The position numbers and the translations under genes are program-made. A stretch of 64,000 nt of DNA from Tubulanus polymorphus (Eukaryota > Animalia > Nemertea), in NCBI RefSeq assembly GCF_964204645.1, contig NC_134026.1, positions 24,214,150 to 24,278,149 on the forward strand, written 5' to 3'. The notes beneath the pieces were generated by a model that was not told where the DNA came from, made no database searches, and was given only the letters and a program-made list of their open reading frames with translations. Of this stretch, positions 31,201 to 62,000 are shown piece after piece. Position 1 is the stretch's first letter. Each line of letters begins with the position of its first letter.

Positions 31201-34200
31201 TTCAGACTCTGAAAGTATAAAACGATCAGGACATTAATTTAATCATAGTCTCTACAGATCGGCCATTCCTGGATTAAAGGAGTTTTAAAGGAGATAATTC
31301 CAAATTTCAAGGTGTCTGCATCACTGGCATATCCATATCACAGTACACTCCTCCTAATCTGTACTTCATATCTCGATGCATGGTTGTTTTGTAAGCAATT
31401 ATTACTCTTTACACTATTAAAATCTGTTTCTACTTCGGCAACCGCCTTATTAGTTAAAGGAAAAAATCCTGGTCCGAACTGTATCGGTTTAGGCATTTTC
31501 CACTGTACAACTACAGTAAACCTCACCTTACTCTGACATGGCCGACTGTTAACTAACTCAAACAAGAAACAATGTAATTTTTCAGACTTCCTCAAGTATT
31601 TTCCTATCCTTAACTCAAATTATGCTAACCTCAAACTGATTTTGCCAGTTCCAGTTAGTCTGGGTTAGGCGAGGTTCACTGTACAAAAATTTCTAATTGC
31701 CTATTTCTCAAAATTGAAATATTTTTGGGCATTTTGTTCAATTGAGTTTCAAGCACCTATAAAAGCATTCTCAGTTTAGGAGTTTTTAAGGAATCAAGGA
31801 GTTGTAGGGACTCTGTTACCGATCTCATAAGCCCATGTGCTCGGGACAGTCCGCAGAGAACTCAATACCAAATTTGAGTAATCTAATCAAAATAACGAAG
31901 TAACCACATTTCAAAGCACAATTTGAGATTCTTTTTTGCATTTCAGAAAGAAATTGTTCATTATCCTCGCAGTTCACAGTTCTATCAGTCATAACTGAAT
32001 ATCATAAAATATAGAACATAACCATCCACCTGCTCTTATACCCCAGAGGACAACTAATTCTCAAAATGATATTACCATGCATTTCAGACATGACATAAAT
32101 TTCAGATTACGCAGATAAGAAATTCTCCAGGTATGATAATGGTTTGGACCAAAACAACGAATACATTTTCAGTAATTTTAATGAATCAAATAAACAATGA
32201 AGTTAAGTATCAACGTCTTAAATAAATAAATGCATGACCAATACTCATCAATAAAAAGAACTGCCATTGGACCTGAAATGGCCATTGAAAATAAGCAAAT
32301 ATACATCTTGATAAAATATATGACTAGGCCTGTAACATTATTAAGCGCACAATTCGTAAATAACGAATAGATTTTAGATATCATCATAGGGCTCTATTGA
32401 GAAGTGAAGAGCACAAGAGTATTGAATACCCAATTATTCTCAACACACCTCAAAAAAATAGACGGACGTGTGACAACAACGGACACCGTACGGCCTGACT
32501 CGGGGCAGTGATTAGAAAGTCACAAGACACCAAACTTTCATCAAACAATGCTCAAGCAGCACCTGGTCGGCGCTTACTAAATCCACAACAAAACCATAAT
32601 ACAAAGCTACTATCGCTCCTACTACTCTCCTGTTCAATGGAGAAATAAACCTTCCGATTAATGGCCTAGTGATTCCAAAAAAGTAATAAGTTTTTTTAAG
32701 AAAATCAGTTGTTTATTCGCCACATCTAGATAGAAAAAATTCGATATCAAGTTTGTTTATCTAAAACACGATGAAAGTCATTACAGGCAACCTATCAATT
32801 TACGGTAACACGTTCATTTGAAGTTTTCATTTTTAAAAAAACCCTTATTGTGCCTCGAGGTACCACGGTAAAAAATTGACGAGATGAAATTATTCAACGA
32901 ACAAATACCGGTTTCCCCAGTGATACCCGATATACTGTGTGCCTGCAGGCGAAAAAATCGTCGGTGGCTGTTTTTTTATCTGATGGATGAAGTTACGTGC
33001 GTTTTATTCTCTGGCTGCGATATAAGCACAGCGCGCGCACACACTCACACACACTCACACACACACGAGATGTCAGTGTCTAAACAATCAATGGCGAATA
33101 CAGATCCCTTGCTGACCAGATAACCATGGTAACGGAGACTCCATCCCTGACAGCGTTCTGTCCTTTGCAGACCGAACGAAGTACGTCTGCATAAGCCAGC
33201 TATCCACACGTATATAACTGCCGGCATTTTATTGACTTAGTTCTTACAATCCAGTAATCATTGTACAACCAAACCAAACTCTCCCATCATTCTTAAAGCG
33301 GGCCTGTAGCCAGGGGTGTGTGCATTTGGCACATCGGCGCAAGATCCAGAGTTCCGCTATTTTTTGTCTAAGAAAATTTATTAGAATGCATTAATGTTTC
33401 AGTGACTTTGAAACATTAATGTCAGAAATGTATCTAAACTGCTTCAAATTTTCCCAAACCGCCACAGGAGGTTTTTTGTACCCACCCAGGCTGCGTACGG
33501 GCCTGTAAAGCGTATTAGCCATTCGATCGTTCAATAACTAACCTTTTGAAATGCAACCCGATGGAACAAAAAAATTCATAAGACATCTAGAATAATGCTA
33601 TTGAACTGGAACTGAGTTTCTTTAAATCATACGAAGATCTTCAAATATTTTTCAATGAATACAATGGGACTTAACTTACCAGTTTTTAAAAGATCGGCTA
33701 TATTGGTAGTATCCGAAGTGAGAATCACGTTTCGAGGTATTTCAAATAGAACTTCACCTTCATCAATATCATACTCCGCAATCATTCCATACTGCGCGCA
33801 TACGCTTTCCTTCTGAATGGTCACCTGAAAAATACCATTTTGGATACAATTTCAATCAAAGTTTTAAAACATATTTATCTTCGTTATTCTAATAAGTCTG
33901 CAAACAAACGCTACATCCAATTCAGATAATTTACCAAGGTGACTCATAGAACAGGTAGATAAAGAAATGAAGAAAGCCATAGGCCCACATCCATAGCCCA
34001 ATACTATAAATGCGGAGGGGTTTTCCGGTCCCATACATGCGATTGCATATATTTTTTTTTCAAGCTATGCCAGACAATATTTAGACATGCATTGCCATTG
34101 AAGAGTCTTTGTACAATGGCCGGTTCATAATAGAATGTAGGGTACAACACAACGTATTCTCCTCAACTAGCGACTGACGACCAATAGTCAGAGAATAAAC

Positions 34201-36626
34201 CAGATGAACGCTACAGATAATAGTGGACAAATTTTTTTCTCCAAATAATGCGGTATACGTACAGGTACAATCAGTATTCAAAGAGAATCCTCCTCGGCAA
34301 TATTAGTACCAGAAGAGAGCGGAGTTTTAAACAGTCCCCGAGAACACCACCAACATCGAACAATATCACAAATCTCAACTATTCTATCTTGTAAATATGT
34401 TTTATCAGCGAAATGAATACAGTATTTCATACAAGTAGTAGAGACTTAACAGTAATTACTGAGCAAAAACAGTGGCGGAACTATTTTCTTGTTCGGAACA
34501 AACTAAATGATGAACGAACGAATGAACGATGCGTTTAATTCGTCGAGCACAGATGGTAAATTTCTCGAAGCTGCTTCGCCGGATGGATCTAAACGCCGCG
34601 CAGACTCATTTAAGCGTCAAATCACCGACGCGATTGGAAGACGCGACGATCAATAGCGAGAGATTTAACTCTCAATTAAACTTGATTTTAATCATTTGTG
34701 AAACGACGTTACTCGACGCAGTCAAATTAGAGTTTTCCATGTTCGAGTGGAATTAGGAAATTACCGCTCGCCGACGGAAAACCGACAAAGAAAAACGCTT
34801 TCAACGTCGATATACAACAATAACGACAGACATCGTCGAATGTCTTAATCAATACAATTCACATGAATAAATCCACATCATACTTAATTATACTCATGAA
34901 GTCGACGACCCTGATCGTTTCGATTAAAAGTGAACTTTTTATTCGTTCGAATGGCGAGAACATCGAGACAGACTTAAGTGATTTACTACTTTGTATACAC
35001 CCTCTGAATTCTACATGATGATGAGGGGGCATAAAAAAAAACTGTGACCCTACCGGTGACCCGGCGTTTGTCCACGTCGATTCAAAAAATAACAATACAT
35101 GATAACCGCTCTGGACAGAAGGGTTGACAGATGCTGCTCTTTCGCCCGTCTTGACCATGCAGAAAACGAAACAGCTGCGTAAGCGTGCAAATTAGGCAGA
35201 CGGCAAAAAATCCCGACGTCTTGTGCAGAAAGTGTGGACATTCAAAACAATGACAAAGGCCACAATCAAAAAAGCTGTTTGGCTGAACACCGGACACTAG
35301 TCAGAACAATGAAGCCCCACGGGTATGAAGCGCTAAGCCTAATTTATTCACCATTCGTCTTTTGTATTGAACACTGAAATCGACTGCGGACGCTCGGCCA
35401 CTTGTACAAATGGGTTATGCATACAGTAAATCGCATATCCAATCTCGGCTGGATTCAGTCACCCAATTGCCCGAATTTCTGTGAAAAGTCAGCATTTCAC
35501 AGGCTACTTGCCATTCACCGATTGTATGCCTCTTTAATACGAGATCTGGCTCACGAATGTTGAATTTACATCAAACGCGGAACAGATTCTCAAAAATATA
35601 AATCAACCCTACTGAAAAAAGCCCTGATGAAAAATCAGTTCTTAAAACTTATCGTTCCATCAAAGTGTTTTAGTATGTTGATTAGGCCTATAGGCGCTGA
35701 CCTATCTATCTTACCTTAAATACCATCAACACTTCAATTGATATCACAGGAAAACTAGCCTTTCATTCCGGCTATGGCTAGACTAACATATCTGATATGA
35801 TAAAAAATGCTTCTCAAGAAAAATAACAAGCTTAGTCCATTAAGACCGCAGGATGTAACACGAAGACTCTCATAAATTGACAACATCGTGTTGAATTTCA
35901 TCATAAAGATTTGCGGCCACTTTCGTTGAATCATGTTTGAGAAAATGACAAGAGAAGCAAAAAGCCTTTCAAGCTTCCCTGCATCTACTCCATAGCCCTA
36001 AAATATCTAGGCCTATATATAAAATATATCAGCTATATACCTATATACCTAAGCTTTCATCAATCATCAATATTAATTCCAAAATCCTCATCAATGTCTA
36101 TATTTATGGCAATAATAATAATACATTCATTCCACTTTATCTATCGACCTATGCTACATATAACTGCATCTTCTTTCACCTCCTCCATCTCTCTTCGACA
36201 TCTTCCAGTAAAAAGTTGTACAGACTACTTACTACACACTACACTTACAACTACTACAGGAATTCTAACAACATACAGCTCAGCTTTTTACTAGTTTTAA
36301 AACTCCAATTACTGACATTCCTATGCTTGTCAAAATAATGATCTATTTGATGATGAATGGATACTGAAGTCACACTCAAGAAGAGATAGTAGAAGCACAA
36401 AAACGCGAAAACTCGACTGACCACCACAGAAAATTGACCACAGAATTGGACGCAATTCTACACGGTTTTAACTACGTACCTTGTGACTGATTGCGATTTT
36501 CTCGTTCTTACACCACTCGACGAATTTGTCGACTTCGTTTCTATCGCCATTCGACGCGAATTTCTTGGATGGTAGGACGTCCAGCGGGCCAGTCTCCTCC
36601 GCATGGCTTCTCTTGCACGTCGCCAT
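28258..36626 (-). CDS. SETD6: N-lysine methyltransferase SETD6-like, about 11 exons
   Basis: Exons read MATCKRSH...[15 protein letters not shown] | [22 protein letters not shown] | [13 protein letters not shown]...RWRPYIDL...PPMFW | LKGTGI | [12 protein letters not shown]...[12 protein letters not shown] | [21 protein letters not shown] | ...[21 protein letters not shown] domain followed by a Rubisco-LSMT-like domain. Confidence 0.92.
31244..31815. mobile_element. Degenerate non-autonomous DNA element, the outer host of nested MITEs
   Basis: Ends CATAGTCTCTACA / TGTAGGGACTCTG form an imperfect inverted repeat. AAGGAGTTTT subterminal motifs lie near both ends. No clear TSD. Confidence 0.45.
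31514..31681. mobile_element. Tc1/mariner (Tigger/pogo-like) MITE with TA target duplication
   Basis: ta-CAGTAAACCTCACCTTA ... TTAGGCGAGGTTCACTG-ta terminal inverted repeats. Confidence 0.75.
33119..33133. promoter_or_regulatory. RFX X-box-like motif in a CpG-rich segment of SETD6 intron 2
   Basis: ATAACCATGGTAAC resembles the X-box GTTRCCATGGYAAC and lies next to a CA-rich repeat (33038-33066). Confidence 0.45.
33299..33505. mobile_element. hAT-like MITE with an apparent 5-bp TSD (TAAAG)
   Basis: Ends CGGGCCTGTAGCCAG / CTGCGTACGGGCCTG (11/15 inverted match), with TAAAG directly flanking both ends. Confidence 0.6.
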
Positions 36627-37270
36627 ATTGGCAAATGTCATAGTGAACATTCACACCTTCAAAAACAGGAGATAATACCGTAGTTAAAATGATCGACGTA
36701 AGAGGGCAGCAGGTGACGGTTGTTACTGGCATGCACTCTCGCCGGTGCGCCAAGTCAACTTTTGAACTCAAGTTAAATTATATTTCTTCGTATCAAACAA
36801 GCTGGGACGAATATATGCAAAAGAATTGCATAGAAACAATACAAACGGAAAATGATAACAAGGAAAGATATATGAGCGCACTCAAACCAAACCGCCAGTT
36901 TTATTCACTTGGGCCAAAAAATTCTAAGATGTCTTTTACAATCTTTTTTTCATTTTGAAAATCGTACATACAAGTACAAAAAGCACGACGAAGTTCAAAT
37001 GAAATTTCTTTTACTTTGGCTAGGATTCCAATTGGCCGTCGTTCAGGTGTGATCGGAAGCTCCCCACCAGGTGCTGAAATTGGTTTTTGATGAACCAATG
37101 CGGCCTCGGCTCCGTCCAAGGCGGGCTTTGGCAATCAAACTGTTGCCTCACGATAAGACTATTATAAGATATGATAGCCTATTTATAATCACTCTTTCAT
37201 GCTACTTCGGTAAATTGATTGAAATTTTTTCACAAAAAGGAGAAAAAGAGTTTCATAGGTCTACCTCATA

Positions 37271-37297
37271 ACACACACACACACACACACACACACA
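37271..37297. repeat. (AC)n microsatellite
   Basis: Direct read of the sequence. Confidence 0.95.
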
Positions 37298-38368
37298 ACA
37301 TCCAGATTTCGGCACATTTGCCCATAAGTGCGAGGAACATCTCAGTTATCAACTCTTACTGAACTACCTTTCCAGTTTAATTTTCCCCGAGATACACATA
37401 ATGTTCCGACAAAAATCTAACAAAAAAAACCTAAATTTCGGAACTTGTTTTATTATACACTCGTGCAAAAACTAATATATCATTTTTTATCGATACGGTA
37501 TCCAGGATTTGCGCAGTTGGCGGTACCAATAGCCAATTAGGTTTAAACCATACAGTGCTGCCGCTATGCTATGCTACAAACATACCCTGGCAGTCAATGT
37601 GTTTGTTGCCTTTACACCATGAGGTGCTGCCGCCCACCGAGACAGCACTTGATTGCCAGAGTCTGTTCATAAATCATATTAGTGTATGAAAAATCCGCTA
37701 GCTCAGCAGCACTTTACGGTGTAACAAGGCAGCACCTAAAGCATGAATAATACTTTCCTCTATTAAGAAGCAGTTCAACAACCGTTTACAACCCGCAATA
37801 ATTATGACCTAAGCATTCCACATACCACAGATTAAAGACAATTTCTTCTGTGAATCTAGGGCCCTAAGCAACTAAATATTTCAATGGCTAAGATATTTTC
37901 TGAATTAAACTCTTGAATTCGAATCCTATGTCGAAAAGATACCCGACACATTTTCGATTCATTTGTTTTATTCCCGGGATATTTTCTTTTATCTTACGAA
38001 ACCTCAATCGAATTTTACCAGACTTGTTCGTTGAGAGGCCAGTCTCGATTACATTATTTGATCTCATTTTTTGGGCGAAAGCGAACTGTGGCCAGTGGTT
38101 TCTTTCAGCTCCAATTAAATGAAATAAGTACCGTAGTAATTTTTGTGAAGTTATAAATGGTCGGTCATCTTTGCTGCAATAATTGCAGATGTTCATCGTG
38201 GAGTGTACGAAGCCGAAATCTTGTTATGAACGTTGAATTCAAGATTATTTCATGATGTTTAGAAAGTTTTTAATTTCACAAATTTCATATCCATTCAAAA
38301 TTAAGGAGAGATCTCAATAAATCAATGACACTCGATATGTGTGTATGTGGAATCTGCAATAAAATATG

Positions 38369-38542
38369 ACCCCAGTGAAGTCATTACTTGTTCCTTATTC
38401 CGTATTCTGTTACTTATTGAGAATTCATCTCCCAATAAGGAACAAGGAACAAGTTACTTGTTCCTTGTTCCTTATTGGGAGATGAATTCCCAATAAGTAA
38501 CAGAATAAGGAATAAGGAACAAGTAATGAACTTCACTGGGGT
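38369..38542. mobile_element. Near-perfect foldback palindrome (~174 bp), MITE-like
   Basis: ACCCCAGTGAAG...GGAACAAG-TTA-CTTGTTCC...CTTCACTGGGGT. Arms are ~85 bp with few mismatches and contain internal 7-bp AAGGAAY repeats. Confidence 0.85.
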
Positions 38543-41500
38543 TGGCATAAGATATGCCAGTATTGTTTTATTTATTTTACCCCATTTCCGCACCGTAGTT
38601 CATTTTCGATTAATCAGAAATTTAAATTCCTTCATTACCAGTAGATGCGCCATTGGCAGTGTTTAAAAGAAGAACTATATCTAATCATGGATTATAAATC
38701 GAATCATCTTATAGTCCATCTAATCCATCACATCCTTCATCCGATGTTCAGCATCTACTAGTACTAGGGTCCGGACTGCTTTGCAATTTAGATAAGTCTA
38801 CCCATTTTGTCAAGATAGAATGTTGAAACTAGGACACTCAACTCTCTCAGAAATTGCATCTACGAATGCATTCTTCAGAAATTTTCTATCTCTGAGGAAC
38901 CCTGCTTTAACTGCAGCCCATTTCTTCAGTGTGGCTGCTTTATCCAAGAAATGCCCTTCATATTCCTTTGAATATCTGCCTTCCAATTTTCCCAGATACG
39001 CCTGAATAAAGTCTCTTTCCAAGATTCGATGAAATAAAAAAGCTGAAGACAGTAGGTAATGTATTAACATTCTGAATGTTATTTTTATTTAATTTCGTTA
39101 AATGTTCTTCTATACACTAGATAGAAACACATCTTTCAATATACAATTTATTTGGCAGAGCACCACACACAGAAAAGGGTTAGGTAGAAGATTTTATAGA
39201 AAAATCCATCATATTACACAGTTGCTTTTTTAAAATCTGAAATGCATTTAATTTCAGGTGACTATGAATCAACATATGCTTACCAAACAAACAGGTGGAA
39301 ATGAAGTTCAAATATTTAATGAAACAAATTTAAGTTTATCGACGACGGCTCAAAAAGTAAAATGGGAAATAGCATTCAAATTTATTACAAATTGGAAACA
39401 CATTAAAATGCCATAAAATCTTATACATTCTACTTCATCATTTCAATTTTTGTCACGTGTTGGATCCTATATTAAACACGGAGTGAGTTGCATAAAACTA
39501 GTTCACTTTCAAATACATTTGTAGTTGTAAAAATCACAATATTATGATTATACTTATACATAGTGAATGATATAGTTCTTAAGTCCACCAACACATTTTA
39601 GTAAGAGGGATAGACCCAGTGAGAGATTAATGACAGAACAGAATGGGAGGGGACGCTTTTTGGCAAAATAAAAACTTAAACGATGCATACAATAACTATA
39701 GATATTTATATTTTAAAAAAAACAACACTTGGAGCAGAAAATGCCATGGTTTTAATCATTATTGGAAATCTTTTCATTACACTTCCCTTTCTTACTACAC
39801 TCCCCACCCTCAAAAAACAAATATCAGAAGGAAATTTAATTGGTGCAAGTTTTGGCAGCGACTCGTTCAGAAATTGAGGTTAAAATGCATCCACGGGTAA
39901 TTTCTCCTCATAACGAGATATGATAAATTAAACAGACAGTCATTTCGGATAATATAATTGTAATCATAGCACATAATGAGCATACAAAATAAACTCAGAT
40001 CTACCAGGTAGGTCGTCAAATTTCACAGCGCACAAAACCATTTTTTAAACACACCATAATCAGCGTAAATCAAATACTGAGTTACACTCAAAAAAACTTA
40101 TTTTGATTCAGTGACAGCGAAAAACGTTTACCAGGATAATGGCACTTTCATCACAAAGTGCAGTGATTAATAAATATAATGGTGAAACAAAATTGATGTA
40201 AGACCCGAATCATCGTCTTTCAGGTAGAACACATTTCACTCTGCAGCAACTCTCAACTGTTAACTTCTCTTTTATCAACAGCAATAATTTATCTTTCGAA
40301 TATCAAATTTACACATCATGAAATGAAGGTTATTCCGCAATGAAATAATTTAAGTCTAGCTTTTAATAACTAGTGCATTGTGCCCACGTGTTCAAATGAT
40401 CAAGTTCTTGAAAACCGTTGGCGTAATGAATCAAAACAAGGAATGATGTGTATAAGCAGCCTTAAAAGGAAATTATCCCTGAGATTTTGAATTTTTTATT
40501 TATTACTTTAATTCATTTCCAACAATATTTCTAAGAGCTGGACTAAAAATGTCATCGACTATAAAATGTACCTCACGATATAGTCTGTCATAGGTGTATG
40601 GTCACATCATATTCTAGATTAAAACCATTAAATAAAACACTTTCTGTAGATCGTGTGAAAAATTCTTATTCATGCATTTGTAAAATGTACCAATAAAGGG
40701 TAAGAGAATGATTAAAATCCATATGGTCATTAAGATTACTTATTTGAGGGTTTCACTTTAGGCGTGTGTACACTGAAAATATATGGCTAGTTCTTTTTGA
40801 AATTGAGGAACTGAACGCAGAGAAAAATAATTAATTCATGGATGTAAATAGAAAATTGTTGACAATATACTACTTGCTCTATGAGCTGGTGTCTGATAAA
40901 ATGAGTCAATGAAATGTAAAATTATCATTCCAGTTGATATAATAAATATAAAATTGACAGCTATATGTCGTGTGGAGGTTTTATTTTCAAGAACAGCACC
41001 ATGTGTTCAAGTGTGCACAGTGAAAATACAGTCACAATTTACATTCTATCTTAAATGTCATGATCATTTTCTTAAGTTTTGAGAGCTGTCCTCAAATCAC
41101 ATAAACGTATACTACCAACAAATGAAACTAATTAAACATCATGATTTCCTAATGGTTTTTTAGCGTTCTCAATAAGTTTTCATCGAGGACAGTTTTCAAA
41201 AGACTAAATATCTTTCAACTATTATTCATAATATACTAAACACCAGTGTTTCATTCACTCAAGCAATTTTATAAATACACATTCAAAACAATATGAATAA
41301 TATAACATCACCAATTTCAGCATATACAATAAACTCTTTTTACGTTCATTTTAAAAAAAGTACTTTGTACCACACAATATCTACAGTTATACACAGCATT
41401 GCATTGCTTCTATTTTTACATACAATGCGCAATAGAGAATCTTTGAACACCACGGCGTAAACATGATAATAATTTTCTATTATCAGTTCAAAAGTTGATA

Positions 41501-41545
41501 TCTTACAAAAAGAATTCATTACACCTAACAACACTTCCGGTGTGA

Positions 41546-59072
<17,527 letters not shown>

Positions 59073-62000
59073 CTGAAAATATACAAAAATACGAGAACAT
59101 TAGTATTGAATTACAGATTCAATATAAAATCCCTGAAAAATTTCAAAAGCCATTTGTCCTCTTTATATGAGATAACACCTCATCATCAATAATTATTCCA
59201 TACTACATCTGTGACATGCTAATTCATGATGTCACAGATGCTCATGAGAACCAATGAAAAAAAAATATTCCTGAATCTCATGACAAATCAGGAAAAGTAA
59301 AACTGTTCTTTCATGAAAATTCATGAGCTGACATCATTACGTGAAATTGAATATTCTTTTTAAATATCAATACACTATGCGGAAACGTATCTCGTCATTT
59401 CCCTGTTGAAAACCCCCGATGATAATGTGATAATGCATGACTGAAAAAAAGCTGCCATTGCGTAATCAATCATTGATAATCTTCATACGACAAGAATACA
59501 GACATTGTGGCCAACATCATTTTCACTGGCAGCAGACACGAACTTATCCTCTACCACCATAAACTATTCATTTCAAAACAAGAAGAGAAGCTACATGCTG
59601 TAATATTCTGTACTATTCTCCTAAAACGATCATTATGAAAACTTTAAAATAGCCTACGTGGCAGGTGGTGCAATAATTCTTCTTCGTGTAAAAAGATATG
59701 CTCAGCATAACTCATCAAAGAGTATTCTATTTCAACCCATAGGATGATGATTGATAAATGCTGAGGTTCTCATATTTAGAAAATGTATCTGGGGCAATTG
59801 AAATATCAGGATATCAGACAGATTAAGATTAGATTTCCATACCCACTGGGTTATCCAATTGCAGTTATGAAGTCCTAACACGTATGCACCGGATAGGTAT
59901 CCTAGGATCCATGGTAAAGGTTAATCAGGAATCAGACGACAGCTGCTAAGGGTTCAAGGATTTATTAACATCAGTCCATATTTTCCATTTAAACTACCTC
60001 GGTTTTAAGGATGAAATCCATTTTGAGTGAACTCTAAATCCATATTCATCATATTTCGGGTGAAACAGCCGATATAAATAATGCCGATACATAAAATGCA
60101 AATAGATGTACAGAAATCCATGAAATTATCGCCCATGATAGATTGAGGTAAAGCGTATAATCATCTGTCCAAATGGTTAAACATTTATTACAATGGAAAA
60201 AATTTTACCAACCATATTTTGCCATATCTGTAGTGTTGAAGCTGATTACTCCAAGGTTGAAGTAAAGATACCTATGAATGAATGAATATTCCATGCATCG
60301 TTGTTATAGCTAACACAAACAGCATATGTCACTGATAAGCTATATATGTATCACAAGTATCCAAACTTCGAATAATTCAGTCTGGGTGTATTACTTTATA
60401 TCATGTCCACAACATATCCAATGAACAAACGCGTATAAAACCAATTTGATTTCAGAGACACACCATAACTGATTACATCTAATTGCATCGTGAATGCGTG
60501 TAAGCGATAGCTGAAATATTGGCGCATGCAATAACACGACGCGCGTGCGTATTTCTCATCAATAAAATCATCGCCAGGCGATCGCTGAGGCCTATTGAAA
60601 CGTGGAACTAGTGATTTAAGATGCGGCGAACTGAACTGTATGACATCACTATTATTATTGGATCTACCGTGTGTGCGGGTACGTGATGTCTAAAACCGAT
60701 AACAGATCACTAACATTAGAGCGGTAGCACTGCTGATGATTACACATTCATCACGTGAAACACCTAAATCCAATAAGACATAATTATAGTGATAGACAGT
60801 ATACAACGTTTCATTAGCATTCATACACATCATCAGACATCTACTGTCTGGGGTACCTCGAAAAACATCATATCATACGAATCATATATACCTAGCATCG
60901 GTATCATGAATTCCTAATGGACACTTTTGACACCGCAATCGAATTACTATGAGTTGGCCAAATACATAATCATTGAGGTAACAGACAAGTCAAGACTGCT
61001 GAAATAGCTGCAATATGCATTAGTACGCCTGAACGAGCTTTACAACATCTTCATCCGAACAAGCAGAAATCTCCTGATAGAAATTGCCGTTTCAATTTCG
61101 AAATGTTGTTACAAAAGCCAATATCATCAAGAATGGTTGAACTGTTTCGAGCATGATCGGTTATCCGAGCATGAACATGACTGTATTGCTGTATCAATTA
61201 CATTATGTGCATCTAAAAAATGCATCCGATTACAAAATACTTCGAGAGCTTCGAATCCGAGGGTTTTCATTACGTAAACAACAAAATCTGGTTAAACTAA
61301 CACTAAGGAAGAGATGAGGATATTGATCTTCTAACAGTGACACAAAGATAAAACATATCATAGGAATCTAGGTATGAAAGGTATAAATGATACAAGATAG
61401 ATAGAGTGGACATAGATTTAAAAAATCACGAAGAAATTACAAGACAAAGCCGTCAAAAATGTGATATATTCATATATATTCCGTAAGTTTGTATCAGTGA
61501 TAAACCACTTCCAACGCGCAGCTTCATACGTATAATATTTAACAAATAAAACTGCCACAAGATACAACTGATCTGTTCGCCTTGGCAGCTTTCAGGCATA
61601 GCTCTTGATATCCATTTGCAAAAAATCCGAGAAACCTTGAGTACGAACAGAAAGTGCGAAAACGCATCAGTTTAAAAATCTAGCCAAGTCATTATTTCAT
61701 TATGAGTCTAAACTCAACAAAATCAATCCAGGAATTTGAATATCTCTAAATCATTCATACAAAATCTTAACACATGTGTATCACAAAACCTGCAATATTG
61801 ATAATCTATAATTACGGAAGTTAAAAAAACAACGGAGAACGTCTTAATGATGCTTTTGTCTTTGAATGAATAATATGCAGTTAGATTCATTATAACTCAG
61901 TACAGAACGCCCAGACAATGCTAACAGAAGAAATAGAAGAAAACTGAATATATGAGATATATACAGCTGACATTAGACCATCTCAAAACCACCTGATAAA

